Shown here: positions 19,458 to 31,200 of the stretch, piece after piece | Numbering within the stretch: the first letter of the stretch is position 1 | Layout: each line of letters opens with the position of its first letter | Sequence record: LT960552.1 | Direction: 5' to 3' (one strand) | DNA: 64,000 bases | Notes under the pieces: generated by a model | The model's database searches: none | Told to the model about the DNA's origin: nothing | Seen by the model: only the letters and a program-made list of their open reading frames with translations | Position numbers and translations under genes: made by a program

Positions 19458-19499
19458 AAAAATTAAAGAGCATTAAGTACTTAATGCTCTTTAATTTTT
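19458..19499. terminator. Perfect 42-bp palindrome, bidirectional terminator
   Basis: AAAAATTAAAGAGCATTAAGT-ACTTAATGCTCTTTAATTTTT between convergent genes. Confidence 0.75.
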
Positions 19500-19965
19500 A
19501 GATATGATATGGCAGACTGTTTTCAAATGGTCTGCCATTTTTTATTGATTCCCATAAAGAATTAAAATCGGTAACAATATTAGTATTATATAAAGTACTC
19601 TTAGCTCCTGGATGTAATGGTTTAGGCCAATTCCCTATTTTTACCCATGAATATCCAGCACTTTCATCATTGAGTTCAGGTATAAATTCATCCTGTATAA
19701 CTACTATAAATGAATAGTACTTGAATTTTTCATTTTTTGTACAAAACACATCAAATGGTATTATATCTTCAATTGGGGGTATTGAATCCCCCAATTCTTC
19801 AAACATTTCTCTATATAAAGCTTCGATTGCAGTTTCTTTGTTTTCAATTTTACCACCAACAAAGCCCCAATTGTTAGGGTACGTAACGGTTTCTGAACGA
19901 AGATTAAGCATCATTCGTCCGGTACGTTTTGATAAAAATATAGCACCTACTGCTTCGTTAGTCAT
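19498..19965 (-). CDS. NUDIX hydrolase
   Basis: Nudix box GGKIENKETAIEALYREMFEELG; LNDESAGYSW. Confidence 0.9.
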   Translation of the reverse strand: MTNEAVGAIFLSKRTGRMMLNLRSETVTYPNNWGFVGGKIENKETAIEALYREMFEELGDSIPPIEDIIPFDVFCTKNEKFKYYSFIVVIQDEFIPELNDESAGYSWVKIGNWPKPLHPGAKSTLYNTNIVTDFNSLWESIKNGRPFENSLPYHI

Positions 19966-19973
19966 AAAAGTCC

Positions 19974-21311
19974 TTATGCATTTTTAAATGCAATTCTCCA
20001 ATACCCTTGTCTGTATTTGTTCATTACTGATTGATGCCAACCAAAAACAGAATTATATCTATAAAAGTGGGTATCATTACCATTATATACATAATTTGTT
20101 ATGGTACTTGGATCTGTTAACTCTGCACCAGTATTTGTAATTTTTGCCATATAATTAGGTGGAATTATAGTATCTTTGTATTGTATATTTCTTTCAGAAA
20201 TATTAATGAATTTATCTTCCGGTAATGCAGAAAGTAAATCAGTAGGTTCTGAAATAAAATTGTTAATAGTACCGAAAAGTGAGTATAATGATGTATCAAC
20301 TTGTACTATTAATTTATTTGGATGTTCTTCAGTTGGTTTTTGTATTACATCTCCACGAATTGGATTTTCTTCTTCGATTCCTTGTTGAAATTTTAAATAC
20401 AAATCCTTTTCCATAAAATCAGGTTCAAGATATTCTAGATAACGATTCCATGAATATATATTTCCAGTATTTGAAATTGGATTTAAACTTGAACTTACTA
20501 AAGTTACTTCATATGTTTCTATTGAATTTGATTTTTCCAATCTATCAACTAAAATACACATATTCTTAGGAGTATAAACATCAGTTATAACATCATTAAA
20601 ATTAGATAAATCTATATCTAGTTCATCTTTGGCAGTATTGATATTAGTTATTATTTGTTGTATAAGCTTAGGTTGTTGTACCGTTGCAGGTAAACTTAAC
20701 CATATTGGACATTTGAAAGTTATTACCATAATATCCAAATCAGTATCAGTACCTTGTGGAAATCCTCTAGTACTGAATTGACAATCTGTTAATTCAATAT
20801 CAATAACACCTGTCCAATCAATTGGATTTTCACTTAATTGTAATTGTACTGATGGATTAAAAAGTGTTACTATTTGTTCAAATAGTTCCATCTTATTAGT
20901 TAATGTTGTTGTCCATATATTAACATTAAACACTAATTCCCAAGGAGTAGGATTATAACGAGTTATCTGATACTGTTGGTCTAATTCTTTTGTATATTCA
21001 TTTTCTTTAGGAGAGACATTCGTACCCATTACCATTGTATGAGACATTGGTGAACGCATATTAGGTCTGTCCGGTTTTAGTGATTGAACATTTATCGTGA
21101 TCAATGGAGCTGATGGTAACACGTTTTCAGAACCACCTGCAATAATATAAGCTGCCATGCGAGATATATCTGCATATCTGGCAGGGACAGTTTTATATTT
21201 TTGTAAACCGTTTTCATCAATTCCATTTTTTACTTGAAATTCACCAAAAACTCTGATAAGATGTTTTAAAAGACGGCGAAATTGGCCGTCATAGTAATAA
21301 TTAATTTTCAT
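19974..21311 (-). CDS. Tail sheath stabiliser/completion protein (T4 gp15-like)
   Basis: N-terminus YYYDGQFRR...FGEFQV...VPARYAD parallels T4 gp15; PWELVFNVNIW...EQI...FNP core. Confidence 0.75.
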   Translation of the reverse strand: MKINYYYDGQFRRLLKHLIRVFGEFQVKNGIDENGLQKYKTVPARYADISRMAAYIIAGGSENVLPSAPLITINVQSLKPDRPNMRSPMSHTMVMGTNVSPKENEYTKELDQQYQITRYNPTPWELVFNVNIWTTTLTNKMELFEQIVTLFNPSVQLQLSENPIDWTGVIDIELTDCQFSTRGFPQGTDTDLDIMVITFKCPIWLSLPATVQQPKLIQQIITNINTAKDELDIDLSNFNDVITDVYTPKNMCILVDRLEKSNSIETYEVTLVSSSLNPISNTGNIYSWNRYLEYLEPDFMEKDLYLKFQQGIEEENPIRGDVIQKPTEEHPNKLIVQVDTSLYSLFGTINNFISEPTDLLSALPEDKFINISERNIQYKDTIIPPNYMAKITNTGAELTDPSTITNYVYNGNDTHFYRYNSVFGWHQSVMNKYRQGYWRIAFKNA

Positions 21312-21319
21312 GTTTCACC

Positions 21320-22810
21320 TTAGTCTTTCTTTCTATAAACGATGTTAGGTTTAACAACGTCTTGTATGGAAACTCTGTTAGGACTATTAATAAAGTTTGT
21401 TTGTTCGATATTTGCACCAGTCCAAGGCAATCTACCACCGTAATCAAATTGTTTCCAAGAACTATTTTCTTCTGAATATTGCCATAATGTTACTGGCTTA
21501 TAATCAGTTCTATAATAATATTCACCATCTTGTGGATCGGTTGGGAACATGTCACCTTCCTCTACAGTACCCCTTGCAGGTGGTATAGAAGGTCTAATGT
21601 CGTCATGAGCAGTTCTGTTCGCCGCAATATCCTTTGTGGTAAACGGCACGTTAGAATGCGATTCAGGAGGAATTACCCATGTTATACCATCATCCTCAAC
21701 TTGATAAAGTTGTGGGTTTGTGTAAAATCCATAGAAATCTTCAGCATTCTCTGGTACAATATTTGTATCTGTGTATGGAAGTATGCATGTTAACCATTTT
21801 TTATCTGTTGCATAATATTGATATAATGTGTATCCTGAAACTTCAGATGAGTTTTCTAGGAAAAAGAATGAAAAATCTTCTGCCTTTCTAGGTAAGATAG
21901 AACCATATTGTGTATCAACAATGCTCCAGTTACCATTTTCATCTTTTTCATAAAGTACTGGTAATGTTAATTTAATAAAGAACATATTTTTAGATGGTAG
22001 TGCTGGAAAATCATATCCACTTATGATATAACGTGCTAATTCATTTATATCAGTTAAATCATTATAGATATGTTCATTTGTCCAATGAATATATGGAACT
22101 TCTGAATCAGCTTGTTGTATGATTCTATTCATTATATCTAGTTCTGTACTTCCAGTACTGTTACCACCACCTGAACCATTACCGTTCCCGTTGTTAGGAT
22201 CGTCTGGATTGTCAGGGAAAATATTATTTTCTGGATCAGTAATTTCCGAGAATTCAGGTGAATCCGTTAATGGTTTTACCCGAAGTTTAAATATATGATG
22301 TTGCCAAGTTGCTGAGTAACCTTCAGAGGTTCTAAAAGCATCTTGCACTACATAAAATCGGTTCAATCCAACATCACGACCAGTTACATCAAAATCTCTA
22401 AGGTTAGGCAATTCTAATACATCACCAGGCATAATTTTTCTTCCTACACGCTGCATCATTGTGTTATAATGAACTGTGATGTCCATTGTATCGAAATTGA
22501 AGAATAAACCTGGTATTTTTAAATCAGGAGTTGCTTCTTGTACTTGATATACGGCTGATAATGTGATAGCCTGTATGTTGTACGAACGTTGTGTAACTTC
22601 ACCGAAAACGTAGTCAGAAAGACTTGACAAATTACCCTTACCAGTGCTATAATCTGGTAATGTATCGTCAGTACTTCCATCGTTACCTTTTGGTCCTTGG
22701 TAAGTATATAACCACATATCGACGCCACCAATATTATATTGTTCAGCGATAGCACCGTCGATAAATTTATAGTCGTCGTAACGACCTTTTTTCCACATTT
22801 TGTATGACAT
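21320..22810 (-). CDS. Neck/head-tail connector protein (T4 gp14-like) with long C-terminal extension
   Basis: IGGVDMWLY and GRKIMPGDVLELP...FYV motifs; adjacent to the gp15-like gene; RBS GGAG before ATG 22810. Confidence 0.65.
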   Translation of the reverse strand: MSYKMWKKGRYDDYKFIDGAIAEQYNIGGVDMWLYTYQGPKGNDGSTDDTLPDYSTGKGNLSSLSDYVFGEVTQRSYNIQAITLSAVYQVQEATPDLKIPGLFFNFDTMDITVHYNTMMQRVGRKIMPGDVLELPNLRDFDVTGRDVGLNRFYVVQDAFRTSEGYSATWQHHIFKLRVKPLTDSPEFSEITDPENNIFPDNPDDPNNGNGNGSGGGNSTGSTELDIMNRIIQQADSEVPYIHWTNEHIYNDLTDINELARYIISGYDFPALPSKNMFFIKLTLPVLYEKDENGNWSIVDTQYGSILPRKAEDFSFFFLENSSEVSGYTLYQYYATDKKWLTCILPYTDTNIVPENAEDFYGFYTNPQLYQVEDDGITWVIPPESHSNVPFTTKDIAANRTAHDDIRPSIPPARGTVEEGDMFPTDPQDGEYYYRTDYKPVTLWQYSEENSSWKQFDYGGRLPWTGANIEQTNFINSPNRVSIQDVVKPNIVYRKKD

Positions 22811-22841
22811 GTTTTCAATCTCCAAATAGAAATTCATATAG

Positions 22842-22849
22842 TATTTATT
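22842..22849 (-). promoter_or_regulatory. T4-type late promoter (AATAAATA)
   Basis: NATAAATA box upstream of the neck operon. Confidence 0.55.
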
Positions 22850-22851
22850 TT

Positions 22852-22880
22852 TGGAACAAACAAAAAAAATCTGCTATAAT
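22852..22880 (+). promoter_or_regulatory. Early/middle-type promoter (TGGAAC-N17-TATAAT)
   Basis: TGGAAC 22852-22857; TGC-TATAAT 22875-22880. Confidence 0.75.
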
Positions 22881-22916
22881 ATATAAGTGCAGACAAATTA
22901 AACGAAGGAGAGCACA

Positions 22917-25214
22917 ATGAGCTATAGTTTCGAAGACTTTTACCAAGAAGGCGAATCGCTTGCACGTTCTATGGGTCATAGCATAATGACAATAGATCAT
23001 TTGAGTGTTGTAACACTTGATATTCCTAGTGTTTCAGAGTTTTTGGCTGAACATGAACTAGATGCGAATAAAATTAAAAATCGCATCACTGATTATTTAA
23101 AGAATATGGAATTTCCAGTTCTTCCTTTTTCAGTTGAAGAACAAATTAGTGCTGACCTAACACCAGTATCTTCTATGATTTCTAAAATCATGATTGAATT
23201 GGAAAAAAAATCAGTTATTCAACAGTTAAAAGCTAATGATTATACAATTCAAGCATATTTCATTTTATTTGAATGTTTGTCATTCCCTAATACTGCATTG
23301 GATATTGCACTAAGCGAAATCGGTTTCAGCCGTACTGCTGTTGCACGTGATTTGCAAAACTATATGACAAGTAAAAATTACGATGTAGACCTACGTAGTA
23401 GTACTTCTGATGAAGAACCAGAACAAGATGAAAAACAAAGTACTCGTCGTGGTGAACCAGCACGTCCATCACGTGATGCAAAACGTACTATTGAAAGCTT
23501 TACTACTAATTTAACTGAATTAGCATCAAAAGGTAAACTTGATCCCCTAATCGGTCGTAATGTTGAATTGGAAGATTTAGTTCAGATTCTATCACGTAAA
23601 ACTAAAAAGAATGCTGCACTAGTAGGTGATCCAGGGGTTGGTAAAACTCAAATCATTGATGGTTTGGCACAACGTATTATTGATGGTAATGTTCCTGATA
23701 CAATGAAAGGTGTTGAAATTTTATCATTGAATATGGGTGCATTCACTGCTGGTACTAAGTATCGTGGTGAGTTTGAAGAACGTGTTGAAAATCTACTTTC
23801 AGAATTGAAAGGCCGTGATGATGTGATTCTTTTCATTGATGAGATTCATACAATTATGGGTGCTGGTGCTGCAAGTACTGGTTCATTAGATATGAGTAAT
23901 ATGTTAAAACCTGCGTTGTCTCGTGGAGAAATCCGTGTGATTGGGGCAACTACATATGAAGAATATCGTAAACATATTGAAAAAGATGCGGCATTGTCTC
24001 GTCGCTTTATGAAAATTGATATTTTAGAACCTACATTAGATGAAACTCGTCAAATTGTAAATGGACTTAAAGCAACATATGAAAAGTTCCATAATACAAA
24101 ATACTCAGCAGAGGCAATTAATGCAGTACTAGAACTATCATCAAAGTTCTTACAAAATAAACGTTTCCCTGATAAAGCAATCGATCTATTAGATGCATCA
24201 GGTGCACGTAACCGTACCAAAGCTAAACCAGCTAAAATTATTCAACGTTCCGATATTGAAAGTGAAATTGCACGTATTGCAAATTTACCATTAGAAGTTG
24301 TTTCATGTGCTGAAAGTGATCGTATGTTATCATTAGCTGACAATCTATCTAAACGTGTATTTGGTCAAGAAGATGCAGTTAATAAATTAGTTGAGAATGT
24401 AATGGTTGCACGAGCTGGCTTGCGTGGTAAAAGTACGATCCAAGGTGCCTTTATGTTTGTAGGTCCATCAGGTACAGGTAAAACTGAAATAAGTAAAGCA
24501 CTTGCTGATTCAATGGGTGTTGAGTTGATTCGTTTTGATATGTCAGAATATGCTCAAGAGCATAATGTATCTAAATTAATTGGTTCACCTCCAGGTTATA
24601 TTGGTCATGATTCAGGTAATGGTGCACTACTTGATAAAGTTGAATCTAATCCTAACTGCGTATTATTACTAGATGAAATTGAAAAAGCAAATAGTAAAGT
24701 ACTTCTAACTTTCTTACAAGTTATGGATGAAGGACGGCTAACTGGTTCACACGGTAAAACAGTTTACTTTAATAACGTAACTATTATTATGACAACCAAC
24801 TTAGGTGCTCGTGATTCTTCAGTACTTGCATTGGGTATGGATTCATCAGGTGATGATGGCATGGATACTGCAATTAAAAATCATCTACCACCAGAATTCT
24901 TAAACCGTGTAGATGCTGTAGTTAAGTTCAATGAACTTGGACATGATGTTATTCTAAGTGTGGTTGATAAATTTATTGGCGAATTGAATGCAGACATTGA
25001 ATCACGTGGTGTTGTTGTTGAGTTAACAGACGCAGCAAAAGAAGTACTTGCTAAGCGTGGTGTAACTCCAGGAATGGGTGCTCGTCCAATGAAACGTATT
25101 ATCAATGATACAATTCGTGTACCGTTAGCTAAAGAAATGTTAATTGGTTCTTTAGCCAAAGGTGGAAAAGCAGTATTTGATGTTGAAAATGATGTTATCG
25201 TACTACAAAAATAA
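22917..25214 (+). CDS. clpA: ClpA-type Hsp100 ATP-dependent unfoldase
   Basis: Two AAA+ modules ([15 protein letters not shown]; [17 protein letters not shown]), pore loops KYRGEFEER and GYIG, no ClpB coiled-coil M domain, GARPMKR C-terminus. Confidence 0.9.
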   Translation: MSYSFEDFYQEGESLARSMGHSIMTIDHLSVVTLDIPSVSEFLAEHELDANKIKNRITDYLKNMEFPVLPFSVEEQISADLTPVSSMISKIMIELEKKSVIQQLKANDYTIQAYFILFECLSFPNTALDIALSEIGFSRTAVARDLQNYMTSKNYDVDLRSSTSDEEPEQDEKQSTRRGEPARPSRDAKRTIESFTTNLTELASKGKLDPLIGRNVELEDLVQILSRKTKKNAALVGDPGVGKTQIIDGLAQRIIDGNVPDTMKGVEILSLNMGAFTAGTKYRGEFEERVENLLSELKGRDDVILFIDEIHTIMGAGAASTGSLDMSNMLKPALSRGEIRVIGATTYEEYRKHIEKDAALSRRFMKIDILEPTLDETRQIVNGLKATYEKFHNTKYSAEAINAVLELSSKFLQNKRFPDKAIDLLDASGARNRTKAKPAKIIQRSDIESEIARIANLPLEVVSCAESDRMLSLADNLSKRVFGQEDAVNKLVENVMVARAGLRGKSTIQGAFMFVGPSGTGKTEISKALADSMGVELIRFDMSEYAQEHNVSKLIGSPPGYIGHDSGNGALLDKVESNPNCVLLLDEIEKANSKVLLTFLQVMDEGRLTGSHGKTVYFNNVTIIMTTNLGARDSSVLALGMDSSGDDGMDTAIKNHLPPEFLNRVDAVVKFNELGHDVILSVVDKFIGELNADIESRGVVVELTDAAKEVLAKRGVTPGMGARPMKRIINDTIRVPLAKEMLIGSLAKGGKAVFDVENDVIVLQK

Positions 25215-25221
25215 CAAAAAC

Positions 25222-25248
25222 AAAGGGAGCCTAATGGCTCCCTTTTTT
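25222..25248. terminator. Bidirectional intrinsic terminator
   Basis: AAAGGGAGCC-TAAT-GGCTCCCTTT. Confidence 0.85.
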
Positions 25249-25249
25249 A

Positions 25250-28200
25250 TTATAGTAATTGTCCAATCTGTGAACCAGATACTACCAATCCAGTACTAAA
25301 CGTATCTAAAGGTATTTGAGGATAATTATTTCTGTAAACTTCCATATTATCTTCTAATCCTAAAACTACAGCTTGTTCAGTATAGGTTGTACCTAACACA
25401 AAATTATTTTCAACTGTACCATGTATTCCTCGTGCCATATGATTATTATTTCGTAGTTCAACTAATTCACTACTAACTGCAATAATATAATCATTGTTAC
25501 TTGGTGTGATATTCATAACTCCATCCAAAATGGTAGCTTGTGAAATAGCTAATGGTTTAACTACAAATTCACGTTTTTCTATAGTATCAATATATGCAAC
25601 TACTAGAGATGCATTATTGCTATCTATGTAAACATTATCAATCAATGCAGAACTATAAGACCAAGTATTTCCTGATTTAACAGGATTAATCTCAGACACA
25701 TTATATTCATACACAAATATTTGTAGACTATCATCCATCTTAGTATTAACTAGCTCACTAAGAACGCCTTTGCCATAGATTGGTGAATAAAAACCATGAT
25801 CAACTTCAGTTCCATTAATATCAACAATCTCATTAGACACATACCAGTTATCATAATCATCATCTGTATAATTATCAGTATATTGATTACTAATTAACAT
25901 TCTGTCATAGAACAAATCATAATCAAGAATACTAATTCTATATGAACGTTCAGTACTGTATAAGTTTACTCCATTAGACACAAACTCATTATCAGTAAAT
26001 GATGTTATACGAACAATATTAATTGATGTTGCTTTTCCAGAATCCATTAAGATATCAGACTGACTATCATAAGTACTGTTAAAGTTTAATCCACCTATAC
26101 GTATAGTATCTCCATTTACAGCCGATACAGTAAAGATACGTGGTCTTGTTCCATTTTTTATGTTATTAACAGGTAATATAGTGTTCCATGTATTATCAAG
26201 CATTAAGATATCATAATCTTCAGTTTCTGGTGTAAACACCATCACCTTTTCACCAACTTTGAAATCATTTTTCTGTACTAATCTAATAGTGCCAGTTGTA
26301 TTAATCACATCTTTAACTTGATATGAATAATTGATTTCATTTTTAGATATTAGATTTCTACTCATATACTCAATTGCTTGTGTATATCTTGGAATACTAA
26401 CAATGGCTTCTTTTCTATTGTAAGGATTTTGTAATACAAGTCCTTCTATTTGGAAATTACCTTGTGAACGTAGTTGTGTATTACCAGAGGTATCATAACT
26501 ATATCCATTTACAGTAAATCTCATTTGAGCTGCATCTAATCCTAGTGGATTTATATCAGTTACATCTACAAATATAGGGTCTTGTGTTAAATTAACAACA
26601 CCGGACGCAAAATAAACCATATCTTGTGTTTGAGATTCTAAACCTAAACTATCGAATGCATTCATATCATCATAGTATTGTAAGTTATTCATACCAGTAA
26701 TAACATTTTGTATATTACTATACAATGGACTGTTAATATCCAATGGTAAATCATTAAGATTCGGCTCTGCTAATGAAACTACATCACCACTGATGAATGC
26801 CAACTCCATAAAATCTTTTAAACTTACATCACTTGGTACTGTTAAGAATTCTCTAGTATCAACATTAAGTACATATGCCATTTTTCTTGGAATCATTACC
26901 ATGCAATACATATCTACAGTAGGTAATGCTAAAATTTGTTTAGAAATTTCATATTGATCCAAATTATCTGGATTATATAGATTTCTCATTGATGTTAGTA
27001 CATATAAAGTGTCTAGATATACTTTACCAATGTGATTTCCATCTTCATCCATCTCTTCTAAATCATATTTCCAAGGATATAAACCATATTCATACATTAG
27101 GTAATCATTAATTTGACTATCAGTAAATGTTGGGTTATTGTTTTTAACAATATCAACATATTTCTCATATAATGCATAACTGTACATGATATAACCATAA
27201 GTTTCCCAATTACTACCAGAATAACCAAATGGTAAACGTGTATTAGTATTGTCATTCAATACTCTTCCTTTGAATGGACATTTCATTTCTTGAGAAATTG
27301 AACTGTTACTTAATGAAGTATACAATCTTCTTCTATTAGCTAATGTATTATACTGATTATATTGAGTCGCAATACCAACAGATGAATTAGATTCATAAGT
27401 TTGTTTTGATATTTGCTCTAATATTGACTCGAATAGATTAGTTGCATCTATATCAGTACCTAATAGTTTAAGTTGTTTATCAATTTCAGTTTGAACTTCA
27501 CCATTATCATCCATATCTGGATAAAATGCACTCATTCCTGATAGTACTGATCGGTTAATGGATACATAATCAATTTGAGGATATGTATACGAGTAACGTT
27601 GTAGTTTATAATGACTTCCTGCTGGTAAAATATCATTTGCATTAGTCATAAATGAATTATTAACACCTTCTAGAACCAATCTATTTCCTAAATTATCATC
27701 AGGTGTACATTGGAAGTTATCATATACCAAAGTTTCATAAGATTCTTGGAATCTTCTATTAGGGTATACGAAATCAGCAGGTAATGACCCATGAACTTCC
27801 CATTTATTAGTTATTGGGTTAAATTGAGCGTACTCAACATCCCAAATATCATCTTGTGTCTTAATCCATGTACCATTTACAAATACATATCCATTAGGAT
27901 CTAAATCATTCAATAATCCATTCATTTCATCAGTATTTGATGTTTTTTGTTCAATCTGAGAACGAATTTTAGTACGATATGGCTTAACTTCTTCAAAATA
28001 ATCAACAATTTGGTTTATTAAATTATCATTAACGTAATTCTGTTGTAATGATTGTTCTAATCCAATAACATAAATGTAAGATGTTTTGAAAACCCAATCT
28101 ACTACCGTTTGTTCAGTATGAACATAATGAACCATATCAAATACTAGTCTACTTTGATAAGAATAGAATGAATTTTTAAACAATGCGAGTGCTTTACGAA

Positions 28201-31200
28201 CGTTTATTTCAACATTAGTTAAAGTACCATCAGATTTGTATTGTTCATATCCATAATAAAGTTGATTATTTAAAGCTACAGTACTATTCTGTCTTGCAAC
28301 AGCTTGCCATATAACAACATTTCGTGAAAGAGTCTTAGTATATAATGTCCATGTACCATCAGCATCAGTAATTCTAATTACATCACCTTCTTGATAGTTT
28401 TTCTGGTTAGCAGATTCGATACTAACTTCATCAGTATACGATGTATTCTCACTATAACCAACATCATACCAATCAGCTAATGTCCAGTACTGTGTCATGT
28501 CTAATGATGTACCTAATGATTCAATATAATCTGATTGTTTAATCATTTTATGTTGACCTTCTCCGCGATTTTCTAAAGTAATATAAACCGCTGTACCACC
28601 AGTACTTGGTGAATTCATCAAGTGGATATAGTTGTTTTCATCAAAATGTACAAAGTACACAGTTGTAGAATTTAATGGAGATGGTAGTGTACCATTAGTA
28701 CTTACCAATACGGCATCATTTTCAACAAATACATCTACACTAGGATTGATAACCAATTCATTATTATAATTTAGTACTTTGAAACTTATAAGATTTGGAT
28801 TTTGTTCTTCAGTTTTTACATTGAAAACATCATTCATAACAACTGTATTGGTTGTCATGTTCACCGTTTTATAAATTGCGTTTGCAGAATCTACAAATGT
28901 TCTACGAGCTTCAATAACATCTTTGAACCACGTTTCATTTGGTAAAATACCAGTGTCATTTGTTGGATAATGTAATTCTTGAACCGTACCATTAGGTAAT
29001 GTTTCTTGAGACATTAGAGAATTCCACATTGAATCCCAAATTATAGGATTGAAATTATAATCCATACCTTCTCTACATAATTGGAACTGTTCATGTTTAA
29101 CCACTTCAGTTGCATTATTTTGATACGTAATGGATAAAATACTCTTATCATCAGTTATATCTTGTTGTAATCCACTTATAATAAATGAATTTTGGCTAAT
29201 TGGTGCAAACCAAGGAGCATTTAATAATGAAGGATTTTGTATAGTACGAGATAATTCATTACAAGGTCTGTTTCTATTTTTAACTTTAGGAACATAAATT
29301 GTATTCTTAACCCAAAAATAATATACAGTCTTATAAGAATCAGTACTGTCATCATATTCTTGAAATTCAGAATAGAAATCATCAACCGCTTCACCACTTG
29401 GAACCCACGCTGTGCTGTCTTTATTCAATTTAGATTGACGAACGCAGTATTTTTCCCATTCATATGGAAGTACTGGAGAAGCAACCCATTCTAAAATATT
29501 AATTTCAGAATTTGGTAACAATTTACCCCAATTATAACGTTTATATTCATTTGTTGCAGTAATATCAACATTTCCATTTCCATCATATAATGGGCGTGTA
29601 TAATCCATAAAGAATGCATTTGTAGTATTCCACCACACTAATCCAACTTTTTCTGAACCCCATGCTTGTGTTTTTTCATCTTCACTATTATACTTAGCCG
29701 GATCTACAGTACTTACATATGTAATATCAGCCATAATAGAACCAGGAATAACACCATTTATTGGATCAAATGTATTCATGTACAATTCAGTTACATTAGA
29801 TGTACGATTATAAGTTGTTGGTCTAACAAATAAAGTACTTTCTGGTGCATCAAATGAATATTTTTTAGAAATATATGCATCTTTATCTGCACTTGAACTG
29901 AATCGATTTATGTAACGGTATAAAACAGGTTTTCCATCAGTAAATGAAATATTGTTAGTTACATCAAGTGGAATAACAAAACTAGTAGGATCAGAACCTG
30001 TTGTGAAATATTGTGTCTCTGCTTTTAATAAATCAGGCATATATTCGGATTTGTCAACAAAGAAGAAATAATCTCCGTCTTCCATACCATGTGCTGCACT
30101 AAGTTGTAGAGTACAATGATTCCCTGGATAGTTTTCACCATCTCCAATTGGAATAATTGATTCCAATGTAATTCCAGTATTATCAAGTTCAAAAATATTC
30201 CAATTATTATCCATATCGCGAAGAACCCATACTGAAGTTGGGGTGTTACCTGTATCATTGATATAATTTAATCTATCAACATATGCAGTTGTAAAATCAC
30301 GAGTACTGTATGAAACTTCATTTAATGTAACTGGACCAATATCAGGAAGATTAATATTCTCACTTTTTCCAGAACGCATTGGGAATGCAAACTGGCCTAA
30401 TGGTCGAGTAATCCAACGTGAATCTACACCTTGTGTTCCATAATAAATTATGTTATTATTATCAGTGTCAGAAGTTGCATTTTGATCAAATGTAAACAAT
30501 TGAGGTTCTTGTGCAAATTCATTATTAATCAATTGGAATTGTAAATGTTTTTTACCATAGATATTACCATATTCACCAATTTTAAATGCCCATTCTTGTA
30601 ACGCTTTATAGTTGTCTGTATTATAAGATTTAGAAACGCGAAGTACTCTTTCAAATACTTGGTTAGTCCCTTTATCTCTAATATATCCTTTATAAAAATC
30701 AACTTGTGATGTATCACTAGTAATCATTTGAGAAATGTAATCACGTGTTTGGAAGCCAATAACATGACGTGATAAATTGCGTAATGTTACATTATCAACT
30801 GGATTATCATTATCATAATAATGTTTAAAATCATCAACTAGTTTTTCAAAGTTTGGTAATGTGCCAGATTCTAAAATAATGAAACCTTTAGCTTCCAAAC
30901 GACCATTCCATGAACCAGTTACATATCCATACATTTTTAACATTTCATGCACTGAACCATATTTTGGAACATATAAATCATTACCAAAAATTGTTCTATT
31001 ATCAAATATAACAGCATGTTCATAAGCTACTACGCTAACACGAAGTAATGCCATTCGTTTATCTGAACTATCATCAATTCTAACGCTAAACACATTACCA
31101 ATACGTGAAGTATCAATTTCAAATGGACGTATACCAGTGTTAGTATCATCTAGTAATGACCATACTCCACCATTGAATTGTGTAATAGAAAGTACTGATC

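Noticed and set aside
22917-25214. ClpB disaggregase or host contamination
   Set aside because: No coiled-coil M domain (ClpA type); AT content, promoter and terminator match the phage context.
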